This document shows positions 50,999 through 61,028 of a DNA stretch of 64,000 nt, one piece after another. Position numbers and translations under genes: made by a program. The notes beneath the pieces were generated by a model. The model saw only the letters and a list, made by a program, of their open reading frames with translations. It did no database searches and was not told where the DNA came from. How positions within the stretch are numbered: position 1 is the stretch's first letter; each line of letters opens with the position of its first letter. This stretch comes from an uncultured bacterium (lineage in GTDB: Bacteria > Patescibacteriota > Microgenomatia > UBA1400 > UBA12108), in the NCBI GenBank assembly GCA_963981525.1, contig CAXCDZ010000001.1, forward strand, positions 11,217-75,216. Reading direction: 5' to 3'.

Positions 50999-52514
50999 AT
51001 AGGTATCCTACTACAAAGAGAGTAATAAGCGAGATGAATGAAGCAATGCTCTCTAGAAGAGTGTGTGACTGAGTAATAACTATCTCGTGAGAATCGTCAA
51101 GAAGATCAAACTCAATAAGCCCATCTTGACTTGGACGTAAGGCTAGTGGCATACCATTATCAGTAGCTACCCAAGTTGGGTAGTAGGTACGAGGGAGAAC
51201 AAAGGTGCCGGGACCTTCTTGGCTTGTTGGGAGAGATGGAGCTTGAGACTCGGGAAATGAGGACACCCAGACAGGCAAGAATTCTGGGACTTTGGCTGCT
51301 AACTCATTTTGCAAAAAAGTTGTGTTGGTAAATTCCTGATCACTGTATGGTTTTTGAGCTTGAGGTGAGAAATACTTGAGATTAAAAAACAGTAATAACG
51401 AGATTGTAAGGATGGTGTAGAGGGTGCGCAACTGAGTGGACTTGAATAGTGTGACTGAGAGACCCGCCAAGACCGAGACTGCAAGAGAGATGAGAGCCAA
51501 AAATCGCCAAGGAAACTGAATGACCTGCAATACAAAAATATTATCCCAAAGGATTCTCGAGAATGAGGTAGTCATGATGACAGAGAACAAGAGAGTCACA
51601 CCGGCAAATAGAGCGAGAGTTTGAGCTTTTTTGTGACGGAGACCCACAATGACACCGAGGCCGGCGAGTATTAGGTGAAGTTTGCCAATCTTAAAAGAAA
51701 TCCCATCCTCCAAACCAGGGGCAGATCCTCCAAACCCCCAGACAGAATCCCATAATTGAGAGGGAGAGACGAAGTGGAGTGAGTAGTTGGTGAGGCGAGA
51801 GAGAGCGTCGACCTGGACGAAGTCTCTTTCAAAAATCAGCGGTAAGAGATAAAAACTTGCCAGCAACAATGAGAGCATGGCTGTGATTACTACCCTCCTG
51901 AGATGCTTGCCTTGATATAGCAAAGTCCAGACCATGAGAAAAGGAGCAACGAGAAGTGGAATCAGGTTGTGAGAGAGAAGAAATAATGCCGTGATTACAC
52001 TAGTTACTCCGACTCGTCGAGGGTTGAGAGAGCGCCATGCCCAGAACAGCCATGGCAATAACATGATCGCAAAAAGCTCAGCATAAGAACCTCTGACAAA
52101 TAGTCCGATTGCACGATACGGCACTAACAAAAAACTAACAGCTGAAAGAAGACCAACCAGATGACCATACCTCTTCATCAAGTAGTACATGCCAATCCCT
52201 CCCGACAAACTGATGAGGATCAGGCTCAGTTTGAGAGCGGTGAGGAGAGTTGGGGTAAAAATGCCAATAAAAGCAACTAAGTAATAGAAGGCAGGAGCAT
52301 AAAAATGAAAGAGAGGATAACCATAACCAAGGTTGGCTGTGTTGGCCCAGACTGCAGGAATCTGACCATCCATCAGAGTCTCTCTGAGTAGATAGACTCT
52401 TCCCAAGTGAGTTGGATCATGCACATCGAAGAAGCCAAACTTGAGTAATGGAAGGCAGGTTAGAAGGAGAACTCCTAGGATAATTAACCAGATGAGAGTA
52501 GATTTTTTTGGCAT
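50982..52514 (-). CDS. Polytopic membrane protein, GT-C-like (paralog of 38087..39697)
   Basis: 'FFDVHDPTHLGRVYLLRETLMDGQIPAVWANTANLGYGYPLFHFYAPAFYYL'. Confidence 0.5.
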   Translation of the reverse strand: MPKKSTLIWLIILGVLLLTCLPLLKFGFFDVHDPTHLGRVYLLRETLMDGQIPAVWANTANLGYGYPLFHFYAPAFYYLVAFIGIFTPTLLTALKLSLILISLSGGIGMYYLMKRYGHLVGLLSAVSFLLVPYRAIGLFVRGSYAELFAIMLLPWLFWAWRSLNPRRVGVTSVITALFLLSHNLIPLLVAPFLMVWTLLYQGKHLRRVVITAMLSLLLASFYLLPLIFERDFVQVDALSRLTNYSLHFVSPSQLWDSVWGFGGSAPGLEDGISFKIGKLHLILAGLGVIVGLRHKKAQTLALFAGVTLLFSVIMTTSFSRILWDNIFVLQVIQFPWRFLALISLAVSVLAGLSVTLFKSTQLRTLYTILTISLLLFFNLKYFSPQAQKPYSDQEFTNTTFLQNELAAKVPEFLPVWVSSFPESQAPSLPTSQEGPGTFVLPRTYYPTWVATDNGMPLALRPSQDGLIEFDLLDDSHEIVITQSHTLLESIASFISLITLFVVGYLYVKSR

Positions 52515-52517
52515 ATC

Positions 52518-54005
52518 CTATGGGATGAGACGATACAACCTAATCCAGCTGTCATCGTGTTTTTTGTATGCGAGAATCTCTTCTAAGCCAGGAGGGGTTG
52601 AGTCAATCTGAGTATTGTTGAGAACAAAGTAAATAGTGTTTTCATCTGATTCTCTGGCACGAAGGTCTTGGGGGGGTATTTCGTTAAGAGGCCAATAACC
52701 AGTGATTGTGAGATTGTTGAGACCATATGTATAGAGCTCGAGACCGTGGGGAAGGAGACCAAAGGTTCCTTCGGTGCCAACAATAATCTGTTGTCCACCG
52801 GCACTACGAGCCTCATCTGTGAGGTACTGGCTAATCTCCTTGACCCCATTTCCAGAGGCCCAGCCATCTGTGTAATCAGCATCATCTGAGAGGAGTGGGG
52901 TCTCTAGCGGGGAGGTGATCGCGAGAATAATAAAAAACATTGGCATAATGCTCAAACCAAGACTGATGAGAAATGAGCGCTTGAGCTCAAGGCGCGAGAC
53001 AAAATAAGCTACGAATAATAAGAAATATGGGACGACAAATAGAATGTAGCGTGAGCGATATAAACTAGCGATTGCAATCTCTGCTGCAAGAGGAACAAGA
53101 AACCAGACAGAGAGATGGAGAGTTTGCTTGAGATTCTTTTTGCCCAGTTGATAGGCACCAAATAATCCAGTGAAGGCAACAGGCCAAGTAAGATAATGGA
53201 GAAGCCACCTGGTGGAGTTAACGATGTTTTTGCCGAGACGAATTGGATCTTGAAGTATTTCGGCGATTGGTACTGCGAAGTCATTGTTTTTTTGGATGAT
53301 AATGTGCATCCACGGAGAGAGACGCTGGATATTGTAGATCATTTGTGCGAGAACAAAGATCAGGAGATATTGACCAAGATATTGCAACAGGGAACTACGC
53401 TTCTGAAGTGAGGTGTGATTGGTGATCAATCCGGCTGGGAACAAATATAAGTAGATGACTGCGGGTGATTTGACTAGCATCGCTAGGCCAATCGTGATAC
53501 CGATAATCAGAGCTAGATCTAGGCGAGGTTTGTTGTGATAGATCAAACTCAAGCAAAAAATCAGAACACCAAAAAATGTCAGCATGCTCCCGACTACTGC
53601 AAAACGATTGTAAAAGAAAAGGAATGGAGTAATCGTCCCAAAAAAAGCAGCCCAGTATGCTGTACGCTTGCCCCCCGTAAGAAAGCCTGCATACCACATC
53701 GCAATAATCGTACCAAGACCAGATAGGACTGAAACTAGACGGATTGCGAATAAGGGGTTGTTAATAATCTTGAGAAACGGCATTGCGATCCACATAAATA
53801 ATGGCTGCTTACCGTCAGTCAGAGAGATGAATCTCCACGAAGCATCGTATAGTGAGATCTGAGACCAGCGACCGTAGATTGCCTCATCGACAAAGATCGG
53901 AAGGCCTGTGAGGTTGGGGAGGGTAATAACAAAGTAGAAGATGAATATAAGAGCAATGAGCAGGTAGTCGCTTCGAGTAAGAGTGGGGAACAATTGCATT
54001 GTCAT
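52518..54005 (-). CDS. GT-C fold glycosyltransferase, ArnT/PMT_2 family
   Basis: 'LPIFVDEAIYGRWSQISLYDASWRFISLTDGKQPLFMW'. Confidence 0.7.
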   Translation of the reverse strand: MTMQLFPTLTRSDYLLIALIFIFYFVITLPNLTGLPIFVDEAIYGRWSQISLYDASWRFISLTDGKQPLFMWIAMPFLKIINNPLFAIRLVSVLSGLGTIIAMWYAGFLTGGKRTAYWAAFFGTITPFLFFYNRFAVVGSMLTFFGVLIFCLSLIYHNKPRLDLALIIGITIGLAMLVKSPAVIYLYLFPAGLITNHTSLQKRSSLLQYLGQYLLIFVLAQMIYNIQRLSPWMHIIIQKNNDFAVPIAEILQDPIRLGKNIVNSTRWLLHYLTWPVAFTGLFGAYQLGKKNLKQTLHLSVWFLVPLAAEIAIASLYRSRYILFVVPYFLLFVAYFVSRLELKRSFLISLGLSIMPMFFIILAITSPLETPLLSDDADYTDGWASGNGVKEISQYLTDEARSAGGQQIIVGTEGTFGLLPHGLELYTYGLNNLTITGYWPLNEIPPQDLRARESDENTIYFVLNNTQIDSTPPGLEEILAYKKHDDSWIRLYRLIP

Positions 54006-54023
54006 AGCTAGATTATAACAAGG

Positions 54024-55148
54024 TTAACTTCTTCTATGTTTGGCAAAGATTTTTGAGAAAAATAGATAGATTAGGGGTGCGGCAAAAGTGAGTAGGAAAT
54101 TGAACTCCCTGGTGTAAGTCCAGAATCCAGTTGAAACATAGGGGAAATAGTAATAGAGAGCAAGAATCGTCATAAGAGAGGAAAAGATAATGGTAATGCG
54201 TGAATTAGTGAGAAGTGAGGCTGTGAAGAACCAGATCAGATACCATGGCTGGAAACGATCAATCCAGATTAGGAGAGGAAGATATAGTAGCCAGGCTGAG
54301 AAAAATATAATCTGATCTTTGCTCAGGTACCTCTGGAGAAAATATGCAGGAACCATAACTATGGCCATCAGTTTGATCGAAATTCCATAGAAAAGCGAGA
54401 TAAATGATTGCTTGTACTTGTTCTTGAGAAACAAAAGGATTGCCAGGAGATAAAAAGCCATCATGATCCCATCATTGTGACTGTTAACGAGCGTCTCGAA
54501 CAAGATCAGAGGATTGAGTGCGTAGGTGAGCTGAAGGAGGGGAATGTTTTTGACTGATTTTAGCTTGTGTGCGATCTCCCCTATCAGCTTGATACTCCAG
54601 AGATAGAAGCCATATGGAATCAGCTTGGCGATAAGGAGAGAGAGCGTGAACTTGCCAAGACCAAGAAGGTAAACTGGAGAATAGAGAAGGGTATGACCAT
54701 ATCCGTAAGCTGCGGGAGTGTGGACCCAGCGCATAAATCGAAGCCATGGATCTCCCTCAAAATGGAGAGGCGGGTATATATGAGGGTTGGCATGATAGTG
54801 CCAAATGATCTTGGAATGGAACATGTAGTTATAGACGTCATAAGAGAACATGGGATAGCAAAGAGTTAAGATGAGCGAAAGAATAATAATCTTAGGCCAA
54901 GGGAACTTGGTGAGTTTTTTGCCAGACTTAAGAGTCCACAAATAGAGGAGGGCAAAACCGAGGGTAAATAATAAATAGATATTGCCAGATAGAGGACGAT
55001 CAAAATAAACCAAGTGCTGCAACTTGGAGATGAGTGAGAGAATGCTGGGGTTACTGGTTAGAGTGAGATTGAGATCAACAAAACCATATGAATATGCAAA
55101 AAAACCTAGTGTTAACAAGAGATAACTAACAAGAATTACAAAGCTCAT
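54024..55148 (-). CDS. Uncharacterised polytopic membrane protein (possible DUF2029/GT87-like GT-C)
   Basis: ~10 TM. 'YDVYNYMFHSKIIWHYHANPHIYPP'. Immediately downstream of a DPM1-like GT2. Confidence 0.4.
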   Translation of the reverse strand: MSFVILVSYLLLTLGFFAYSYGFVDLNLTLTSNPSILSLISKLQHLVYFDRPLSGNIYLLFTLGFALLYLWTLKSGKKLTKFPWPKIIILSLILTLCYPMFSYDVYNYMFHSKIIWHYHANPHIYPPLHFEGDPWLRFMRWVHTPAAYGYGHTLLYSPVYLLGLGKFTLSLLIAKLIPYGFYLWSIKLIGEIAHKLKSVKNIPLLQLTYALNPLILFETLVNSHNDGIMMAFYLLAILLFLKNKYKQSFISLFYGISIKLMAIVMVPAYFLQRYLSKDQIIFFSAWLLYLPLLIWIDRFQPWYLIWFFTASLLTNSRITIIFSSLMTILALYYYFPYVSTGFWTYTREFNFLLTFAAPLIYLFFSKIFAKHRRS

Positions 55149-55909
55149 AAATCGTATTTATGGAGAGTGTCGTTAACCCTGACGCGCATAATCTCAAAAA
55201 GCATCTCCAGAGATTCTTTGACAAAATTGCGAGACTTGCCGAGAGTGGTATCCTCGTTTTTCCAGATTACCCGCACTTCTTTGATACTTGCTCCGAGTTT
55301 TTTGGCGATGTGCAACAACTCAACGTCGTAGGCGGTGACTTTCCAGCCAGAAGCATTGTTAGCTCTCCCAAAAAGACGCATGTGTGAGAATATATCTCTT
55401 GCAAGACTAGTCTTGATTAACTTGAAGCCACACTGGGTATCTTTGATCTCGGGTAGCAATATCAAGCGACGAACAAGAAGGAAGACTATTGAGGCAAGCT
55501 GGCGAATAGGAGTGGTGTCAGTACGCTTGACTCCCCGAGAACCTATGACAACATCGTACCCTTCTGTAGTATGTGGAAGTAACTTGCTGAGCTCTTTGAT
55601 AGGAGTCGACTGGTCCATGTCAGTGAGGAGTACGTGCTCCCCCTTGGCCTTATTGATACCAGATCTCAGGGCATATGGCTTGCCTGCATGTTGGTTGTAC
55701 AGCAACTTGATCTCAGGGTTATTGGCAATGAAATCTTTGATTGCAAGAAGACTAGAGTCAGTTGAGCCGTCGTCAGAGATGATGACTTCGAATGTAAATT
55801 TTTGTTTTTTGAGATAATCCAAGATGTCTTGGAGTACTCCACGCTTGATGTTCTCTATTTCGTTGTAGTTGGGGATGAGGATGGTAACCTTTGGGGATTT
55901 GGTTTTCAT
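55145..55909 (-). CDS. GT2, DPM1/polyprenol-phosphate glycosyltransferase-like
   Basis: 'VTILIPNYNEIENIKRGVLQDILDYLKK...EVIISDDGSTDSS...YALRSGINKAKGEHVLLTDMDQSTP...VVIGSRGVKR'. Confidence 0.75.
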   Translation of the reverse strand: MKTKSPKVTILIPNYNEIENIKRGVLQDILDYLKKQKFTFEVIISDDGSTDSSLLAIKDFIANNPEIKLLYNQHAGKPYALRSGINKAKGEHVLLTDMDQSTPIKELSKLLPHTTEGYDVVIGSRGVKRTDTTPIRQLASIVFLLVRRLILLPEIKDTQCGFKLIKTSLARDIFSHMRLFGRANNASGWKVTAYDVELLHIAKKLGASIKEVRVIWKNEDTTLGKSRNFVKESLEMLFEIMRVRVNDTLHKYDL

Positions 55910-55910
55910 A

Positions 55911-57419
55911 TTATTCTTTCTCGATATTTATTGTTCCCACATATGTATCATAGGAGATTCTTTCGTTTTGTACCATAACCCTTTTTTGACTAAACTCATT
56001 TATCTGAGGGTGTCCCAGATATTCAGCAATTGAGGGATGGGTGGGACCAGTCAGGAAAAGTAGGGTGGTAGTCTCCTCGTCGCTCGAGCAGGGACCCCTC
56101 TCACAGATGACATATACAAGATCCTGGAGATCATTTTTGGGAGGGTTATCAGAGAGGGAGAGGTAGTACTGGATTGTTGTTATTGATGAACCTTGAGCAT
56201 TGACTGTGTTGTAGGGACGATTGTTGGCTTGAGAAAGTATATAGTCTGAGATCTCAACTGCCCTCTCTACCTGGATAGATGATTTACTGCGCAGATTGTA
56301 GATCAGAGTAGGATAGCTCCAGATAAGTAATCCCGCGAGGAAGATGACGCTAATCGCTCTAACCACTGGTCTGGCTCTAGTAGCAAGCGCTCCAAACATA
56401 AGTGCAATAGTGGGAAAAAGATGTGAGACATAGTGTACGTTTATGTTTTCTCGAAGAAAAGAAATAGTGATTATTGTGCCTATCAAGAAAAACCAAAGCT
56501 GCTTGAGATCTTTGGAATGCTTGTTTCGTCGCTTGAACAAGGCAGGAAAGAGGAGAAGGAGAAAGCTCGCTGAGTTTACTAAGCTAGATGGGACTTCTTT
56601 GAGCGCGATTGATTGGCTTCCAACAATACCTTTGGATACCATCACAATATTATTCTTGACCCTTTCAAGATAACCTGGCCCCACACTGTTTTCTGCTTTT
56701 TTGGAGACTAGATACTTAAAGAAAGCTTGAGTATTCACAAAATCATGTCGAAGCTCAAAAGCCCAGAATGGAGCTGTGACAATAACAAACCCAGATACGA
56801 TAAGTAAAATGCGTTTGATTAATTCTTTTTTTGGAATTATTTTTATATCTTGCTTGAGTAGAGCGAGAGCAGTCAAGACTACCATGATGAGAGCGACATA
56901 ATGGAGCTGAAAGAGAGCGCCGGCATAGAGTCCCAAAATAAACCACTTCCACCGCCCAACATAATCAAAAACAAAGAGAAGAAGGACTGAGAAAAAAGGC
57001 ACTAAATTGGGATTCCAGGAAGATCTAGAGTAATGGAGCATGACTGGGGACAACGCGTACATAAACCCTGCAACTAAGCCACCCCAAAACCCGAATTTCT
57101 TTTTTCCCCAAGAAAAAATAAGAAAGGTGGTTGCAACTCCGAACAGACCTACCATAATTGCTGGACCAGCTGGATGCATCTGAGAGATGAGAAGAGCAGG
57201 TGTAATAAGGTAGTAATAGAGAGGGCCCAAGTACATATTGCCCACAGAAGTCTCTGGACCCAGGAGGATTGGGGTCTTGTTGTCTATCATGCGTTTGGCG
57301 ATCAAGACATCCCTGGCCTCATCACCCTGAAAGATAAATGTCTGGTCTATCCTGTATAGATGTGTAAAAGAAGAAACTAGGAGAAGAATGATCGTCAGAA
57401 TGGTAAAAAGTTTTTTCAT
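55911..57419 (-). CDS. GT-C fold glycosyltransferase, ArnT/PMT_2 family
   Basis: 'HLYRIDQTFIFQGDEARDVLIAKRMIDNKTPILLGPETSVGNMYLGPLYYY'. Confidence 0.7.
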   Translation of the reverse strand: MKKLFTILTIILLLVSSFTHLYRIDQTFIFQGDEARDVLIAKRMIDNKTPILLGPETSVGNMYLGPLYYYLITPALLISQMHPAGPAIMVGLFGVATTFLIFSWGKKKFGFWGGLVAGFMYALSPVMLHYSRSSWNPNLVPFFSVLLLFVFDYVGRWKWFILGLYAGALFQLHYVALIMVVLTALALLKQDIKIIPKKELIKRILLIVSGFVIVTAPFWAFELRHDFVNTQAFFKYLVSKKAENSVGPGYLERVKNNIVMVSKGIVGSQSIALKEVPSSLVNSASFLLLLFPALFKRRNKHSKDLKQLWFFLIGTIITISFLRENINVHYVSHLFPTIALMFGALATRARPVVRAISVIFLAGLLIWSYPTLIYNLRSKSSIQVERAVEISDYILSQANNRPYNTVNAQGSSITTIQYYLSLSDNPPKNDLQDLVYVICERGPCSSDEETTTLLFLTGPTHPSIAEYLGHPQINEFSQKRVMVQNERISYDTYVGTINIEKE

Positions 57420-58123
57420 GAGTTGAGTCTTTTCCAGAGAACAAAACTCTCCCTAAGGGCACGAAGAATTACTCTGGGATTACTGCCAGTCTGGATGCCC
57501 ATCTTACGCTCATAATGGTTGATTGGTGTCTGATGGATGGTGGCCCCATTTCTAATAAGTTTCGTCATGAGCTCAGTGATGGTGATAGCGCTGCTGGTCT
57601 CAAGAGTGATGTTGTCTAGCAGGTTCTTGGGGATTAGTTTGTATGCACAGTCCACATCCTTGAGGCGGAGACCAAACAGAAGCAGGTTCCAGTATTTGAG
57701 TAAAACTTGAGCAAGGATAAGGCGCAATAAAGGATCTCTTCTCTTGTGGCGATAGCCAATAACTACGTCTGCTTGATCGCGCAGTGAGATGAAGTGGGGG
57801 AGTTCGTCAAACTGAAATTGTCCGTCAGAGTCAGTAAAAAAGACCCAGTCATACTGAGCTTCTTTGAGGCCGGTCTTAATAGAAGCTCCGTAGCCAAGAT
57901 TCTTGGGATGGGAAACCAATTTCACGAATGAGTGCTTCTTGGCATACTCTGCAACCAGTAGAGAGGTGTCGTCGCTGGAGCCATCATCAACTACAATGAT
58001 CTCGTATTTGTCTGATACTTTTTGGATATATTTGGCGGCGTCGGCGAGAGTTTTTTTGATATTCCCGGCCTCGTTGTAGGCAGGAAAGAAGACTGTGAGT
58101 TCTTTTAGCTTATCTCTAATCAT
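57416..58123 (-). CDS. GT2, DPM1/polyprenol-phosphate glycosyltransferase-like
   Basis: 'LTVFFPAYNEAGNIKKTLADAAKYIQKVSDKYEIIVVDDGSSDDT...GYGASIKTGLKEAQYDWVFFTDSDGQF...VVIGYRHKRRD'. Confidence 0.8.
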   Translation of the reverse strand: MIRDKLKELTVFFPAYNEAGNIKKTLADAAKYIQKVSDKYEIIVVDDGSSDDTSLLVAEYAKKHSFVKLVSHPKNLGYGASIKTGLKEAQYDWVFFTDSDGQFQFDELPHFISLRDQADVVIGYRHKRRDPLLRLILAQVLLKYWNLLLFGLRLKDVDCAYKLIPKNLLDNITLETSSAITITELMTKLIRNGATIHQTPINHYERKMGIQTGSNPRVILRALRESFVLWKRLNS

Positions 58124-58156
58124 CTAACAATTGTAACATTACTTGATTGGAATGGG

Positions 58157-59827
58157 TTATTGTTTTCTCATGTAGAGACTGATTGTTGTGGAGTCATAGA
58201 TGAGCTCAAACTGCACCGGAGAAGAGAGTGCGCGAACTGCATCTTCTGTGCCCCATTCTGTTTTGTAGATGTAGTAATAATCGGCGGGCACTGAAGTTAT
58301 ACTACCACCTTTGTACTTGTTGACTACATCTAGGCGAGGTTGATAACTAGAGTTGAGAACCATCAGTTGATCTGTGTCTAGATAATAAGTGTATTTCTCG
58401 GCAAGGGCAGGAATAACTGCGTTTCTGTGAACAGGGTTATTAACATAAACTATTCCCGGAGGAGCTTCCTTGAGCACACTGAGAGCTTCTAGCTCTTCGT
58501 TACCAATAATTTCTTGATCTGCCGTAAGAAAGCGGAGTTGCTCGAGATTGTTGGGAATCGTAAAGATAATAATCAAAAAAATGATTAACCAACTGCCTCG
58601 CCATTTTGAGTGAGCTAGATCAGACAACCACTCTACCAAAAGTATCCCTGAAAGCCAGGCTCCGTAATAAAGAAACTGCATGGTGTTGTACCAGCCGCCA
58701 TTTTGCACAAACAAGATCGGTGCCAGAACGGTCAATAAAATTGTAAATGAGATTGCTTGATAAAATGGAGACAATTTCTTCTTGAAGATTGAGGAGGCCA
58801 CATATATCCCCGCCAGAATGCGAGTCCCAAAATTGATAAGGAGAAATAGTCCGAGAGAGTATGCTTCGATTGCCCATAATCTGGGGGAGAAGCTAGTCGC
58901 ATTCTCATAGAGATGGTACCTGGCGAGCGTCAAGCTATGGTTGTAAAAGAGGAGGGAGTCGTCTATCAATAAGTGAGTCAGTGCAAGTGGTGCCCAACTA
59001 AATGGAATGCTAGAACCTGAGGAAACTCCATAAAAAACGAGCAGACCTAGAAAACTACCAGTGATTATCAATAATGCTTGAGTAAGAAAATCTCTCAATG
59101 CAAGCCTTTTCCCAACAAACTCTAGCAATTTGAAAATAGAAGTAAATAGGAGAGCTACAACTCCGCCATAGAACTTGAGACCAAAAAGAACGAAAAACAG
59201 AATTCCGAGGATGATGGATTGTCTTTTTTGATCCTTGCGGTTAATAAGCATGATGATCCAAAGGATGACTGAGAGCGAGAAGGCAAACTGAAGATTGAGA
59301 AACATAGTGGCAGGCTGAATGGAGGTTACAACTGGGAAGCCACGCAGAGACGAGTAGAAAAAAGTGCGATCCTGATAGAGGGTTGCGAGATAACTAAAGG
59401 AACTACCAAAATATAAGAAAAAGGCAAGAAGATTGGCTTTGAGAAGGTTGGATGTTCTAGTTTTAATAAAACGAAGAACGCTCCATATATATAAGAGTGC
59501 AGCAATAATTGGAAGAAGTTGGAAAAAGCTAAAGAAAGGTGAGATTCCTAGCCTGCTCAAAAGATGAAGGATATAATCCAAGAGAAAGTTGTAACTGGAG
59601 AGTGATTCGCCCGCCATAAGAGGATTCTGGAGCGGCCAACTCCCAAAACCAAGTTTTGCGAGACTGATATGCCAGAGAGAGTCATGCAGATGCCACTGAC
59701 CAATCTGAAGATTGCAGATCCCCGTTGTGCAATGCATAAAACCATTTGGAAGAATAAATGATAGAGAGAGAAACGCAAAGAAAAACGACTGAATAACTAA
59801 CCACTTATTGAGTCTAAGTTTCTTCAT
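58157..59827 (-). CDS. Uncharacterised polytopic membrane protein, 'C..C / HxHD-WH' family (paralog of 61025..62680)
   Basis: 'HCTTGICNLQIGQWHLHDSLWHISLA...GESLSSYNFLLDYIL', 'QNGGWYNTMQFLYYG'. ORF track start 60028 trimmed to 'MKKLRLNKWL' (ATG 59825-59827) so that it does not run through the divergent gene. Confidence 0.5.
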   Translation of the reverse strand: MKKLRLNKWLVIQSFFFAFLSLSFILPNGFMHCTTGICNLQIGQWHLHDSLWHISLAKLGFGSWPLQNPLMAGESLSSYNFLLDYILHLLSRLGISPFFSFFQLLPIIAALLYIWSVLRFIKTRTSNLLKANLLAFFLYFGSSFSYLATLYQDRTFFYSSLRGFPVVTSIQPATMFLNLQFAFSLSVILWIIMLINRKDQKRQSIILGILFFVLFGLKFYGGVVALLFTSIFKLLEFVGKRLALRDFLTQALLIITGSFLGLLVFYGVSSGSSIPFSWAPLALTHLLIDDSLLFYNHSLTLARYHLYENATSFSPRLWAIEAYSLGLFLLINFGTRILAGIYVASSIFKKKLSPFYQAISFTILLTVLAPILFVQNGGWYNTMQFLYYGAWLSGILLVEWLSDLAHSKWRGSWLIIFLIIIFTIPNNLEQLRFLTADQEIIGNEELEALSVLKEAPPGIVYVNNPVHRNAVIPALAEKYTYYLDTDQLMVLNSSYQPRLDVVNKYKGGSITSVPADYYYIYKTEWGTEDAVRALSSPVQFELIYDSTTISLYMRKQ

Positions 59828-59858
59828 AACGATATTAGTATAGCAGTCGATCGAGCAT

Positions 59859-61028
59859 ATGCAGTATGATATGGGTATGAGGAAAAATATTCTTGTAGCA
59901 ATTGCAATTGCTATCGTATCTCTAGTAGTGTTCTGGTCACCATTTCTTCTCAAGGCTGACAAACTCTGGGGAATTGAGTTAAAAGACCACTCGATGCAGA
60001 CGATTGTCGCTAATTTTGATGGAATCAACTTCTTGATAGTGGCAAAATCTCTCTACAATCAAGGAATCATTGAGACTGATTATCCGAGTATTTTGTCAGG
60101 GAGAGTGAACCTCTATTTCTCTGCCCATTACCCAGGATTCCCACTCATGATTAGAGCTTTTGATATCTTTCTCTCTGGACCAAATGCCCTTCTGGCTGCA
60201 ATCGCACTGAGCAATATCCTCCTTTCTGTTGCGCTCTATTACCTATATCAAAAGATTACCCCGAAAGGTAAGGGAGCGTTGTATCTGACAGCTTTGGCGT
60301 TATTTATCCCAGCTAGGATGCTCTCGATGCGGACAGTGGGTTCCAACGAAAGCCTATTCATCTTCTTTGTTCTAACTTCACTCTTGTTGTCATCTAACAA
60401 AAAATATTGGTTGTCGGGAATCGCTGGAGCTGGAGCCGTACTAACCAGAAGCCCAGGGATCTTACTTATGTTTGCTTATGCTGTTCCCCTATTAGCTAAT
60501 CTTAAGAAAAAAAATAAAATTGATTGGAAAAGCTACCTCCCATATTTATTGATCCCTCTTGCCCTAGTATCTCTATGGATTTTCTACGGACTCAGGTTCG
60601 GAGATTTCTTGGCTTACTTTAAAGTTGGTGGAAATATCAACCTCTATTTCCCCCCATTTATGACATTTGGCTCTAACTTTGACTGGATCTCTGGGATGTG
60701 GCTAGAGGATATTATCTATACATACCTATTTTACGGCGTGGGAATACTGCTTTTTTTTCAGCACCAGATAAAGAAGAATAAAAGCCTAGCAGTACTTGGA
60801 TATTTTGCGCTTATATACTACACGATGACCTTGTTTATAGTGCATCGCGATATTGCGCGCTACTCTCTACCAATTGCTCCTATTGTAATTGCGGGGTATG
60901 CTCCATTTATTCAGTCCAAGTATCTTAAGTACGCCTTAGTTGCTCTGATCGTCCCAATCTATCTTTATGCCTGGAACTTCATACTCAATAATGTGCAACC
61001 GGTTATGGACTGGTCAGCTTTCTTATGA
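59859..61028 (+). CDS. PIG-V/Gpi18-like (GT76-like) mannosyltransferase-family membrane protein (paralog of 35951..37075)
   Basis: 'AKSLYNQGIIETDYPSILSGRVNLYFSAHYPGFPLMIRAF' versus 'IARYGYQDTGTQAFFPVYPLMIRAL'. Multi-TM. Confidence 0.5.
   Translation: MQYDMGMRKNILVAIAIAIVSLVVFWSPFLLKADKLWGIELKDHSMQTIVANFDGINFLIVAKSLYNQGIIETDYPSILSGRVNLYFSAHYPGFPLMIRAFDIFLSGPNALLAAIALSNILLSVALYYLYQKITPKGKGALYLTALALFIPARMLSMRTVGSNESLFIFFVLTSLLLSSNKKYWLSGIAGAGAVLTRSPGILLMFAYAVPLLANLKKKNKIDWKSYLPYLLIPLALVSLWIFYGLRFGDFLAYFKVGGNINLYFPPFMTFGSNFDWISGMWLEDIIYTYLFYGVGILLFFQHQIKKNKSLAVLGYFALIYYTMTLFIVHRDIARYSLPIAPIVIAGYAPFIQSKYLKYALVALIVPIYLYAWNFILNNVQPVMDWSAFL

Noticed and set aside
58157-60028. 623-aa ORF extending through the divergent gene's start
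   Set aside because: The extension would run across the start of the plus-strand gene at 59859. The internal 'MKKLRLNKWL' Met (59827) gives a sensible signal-anchor start and matches the paralog's N-terminus.
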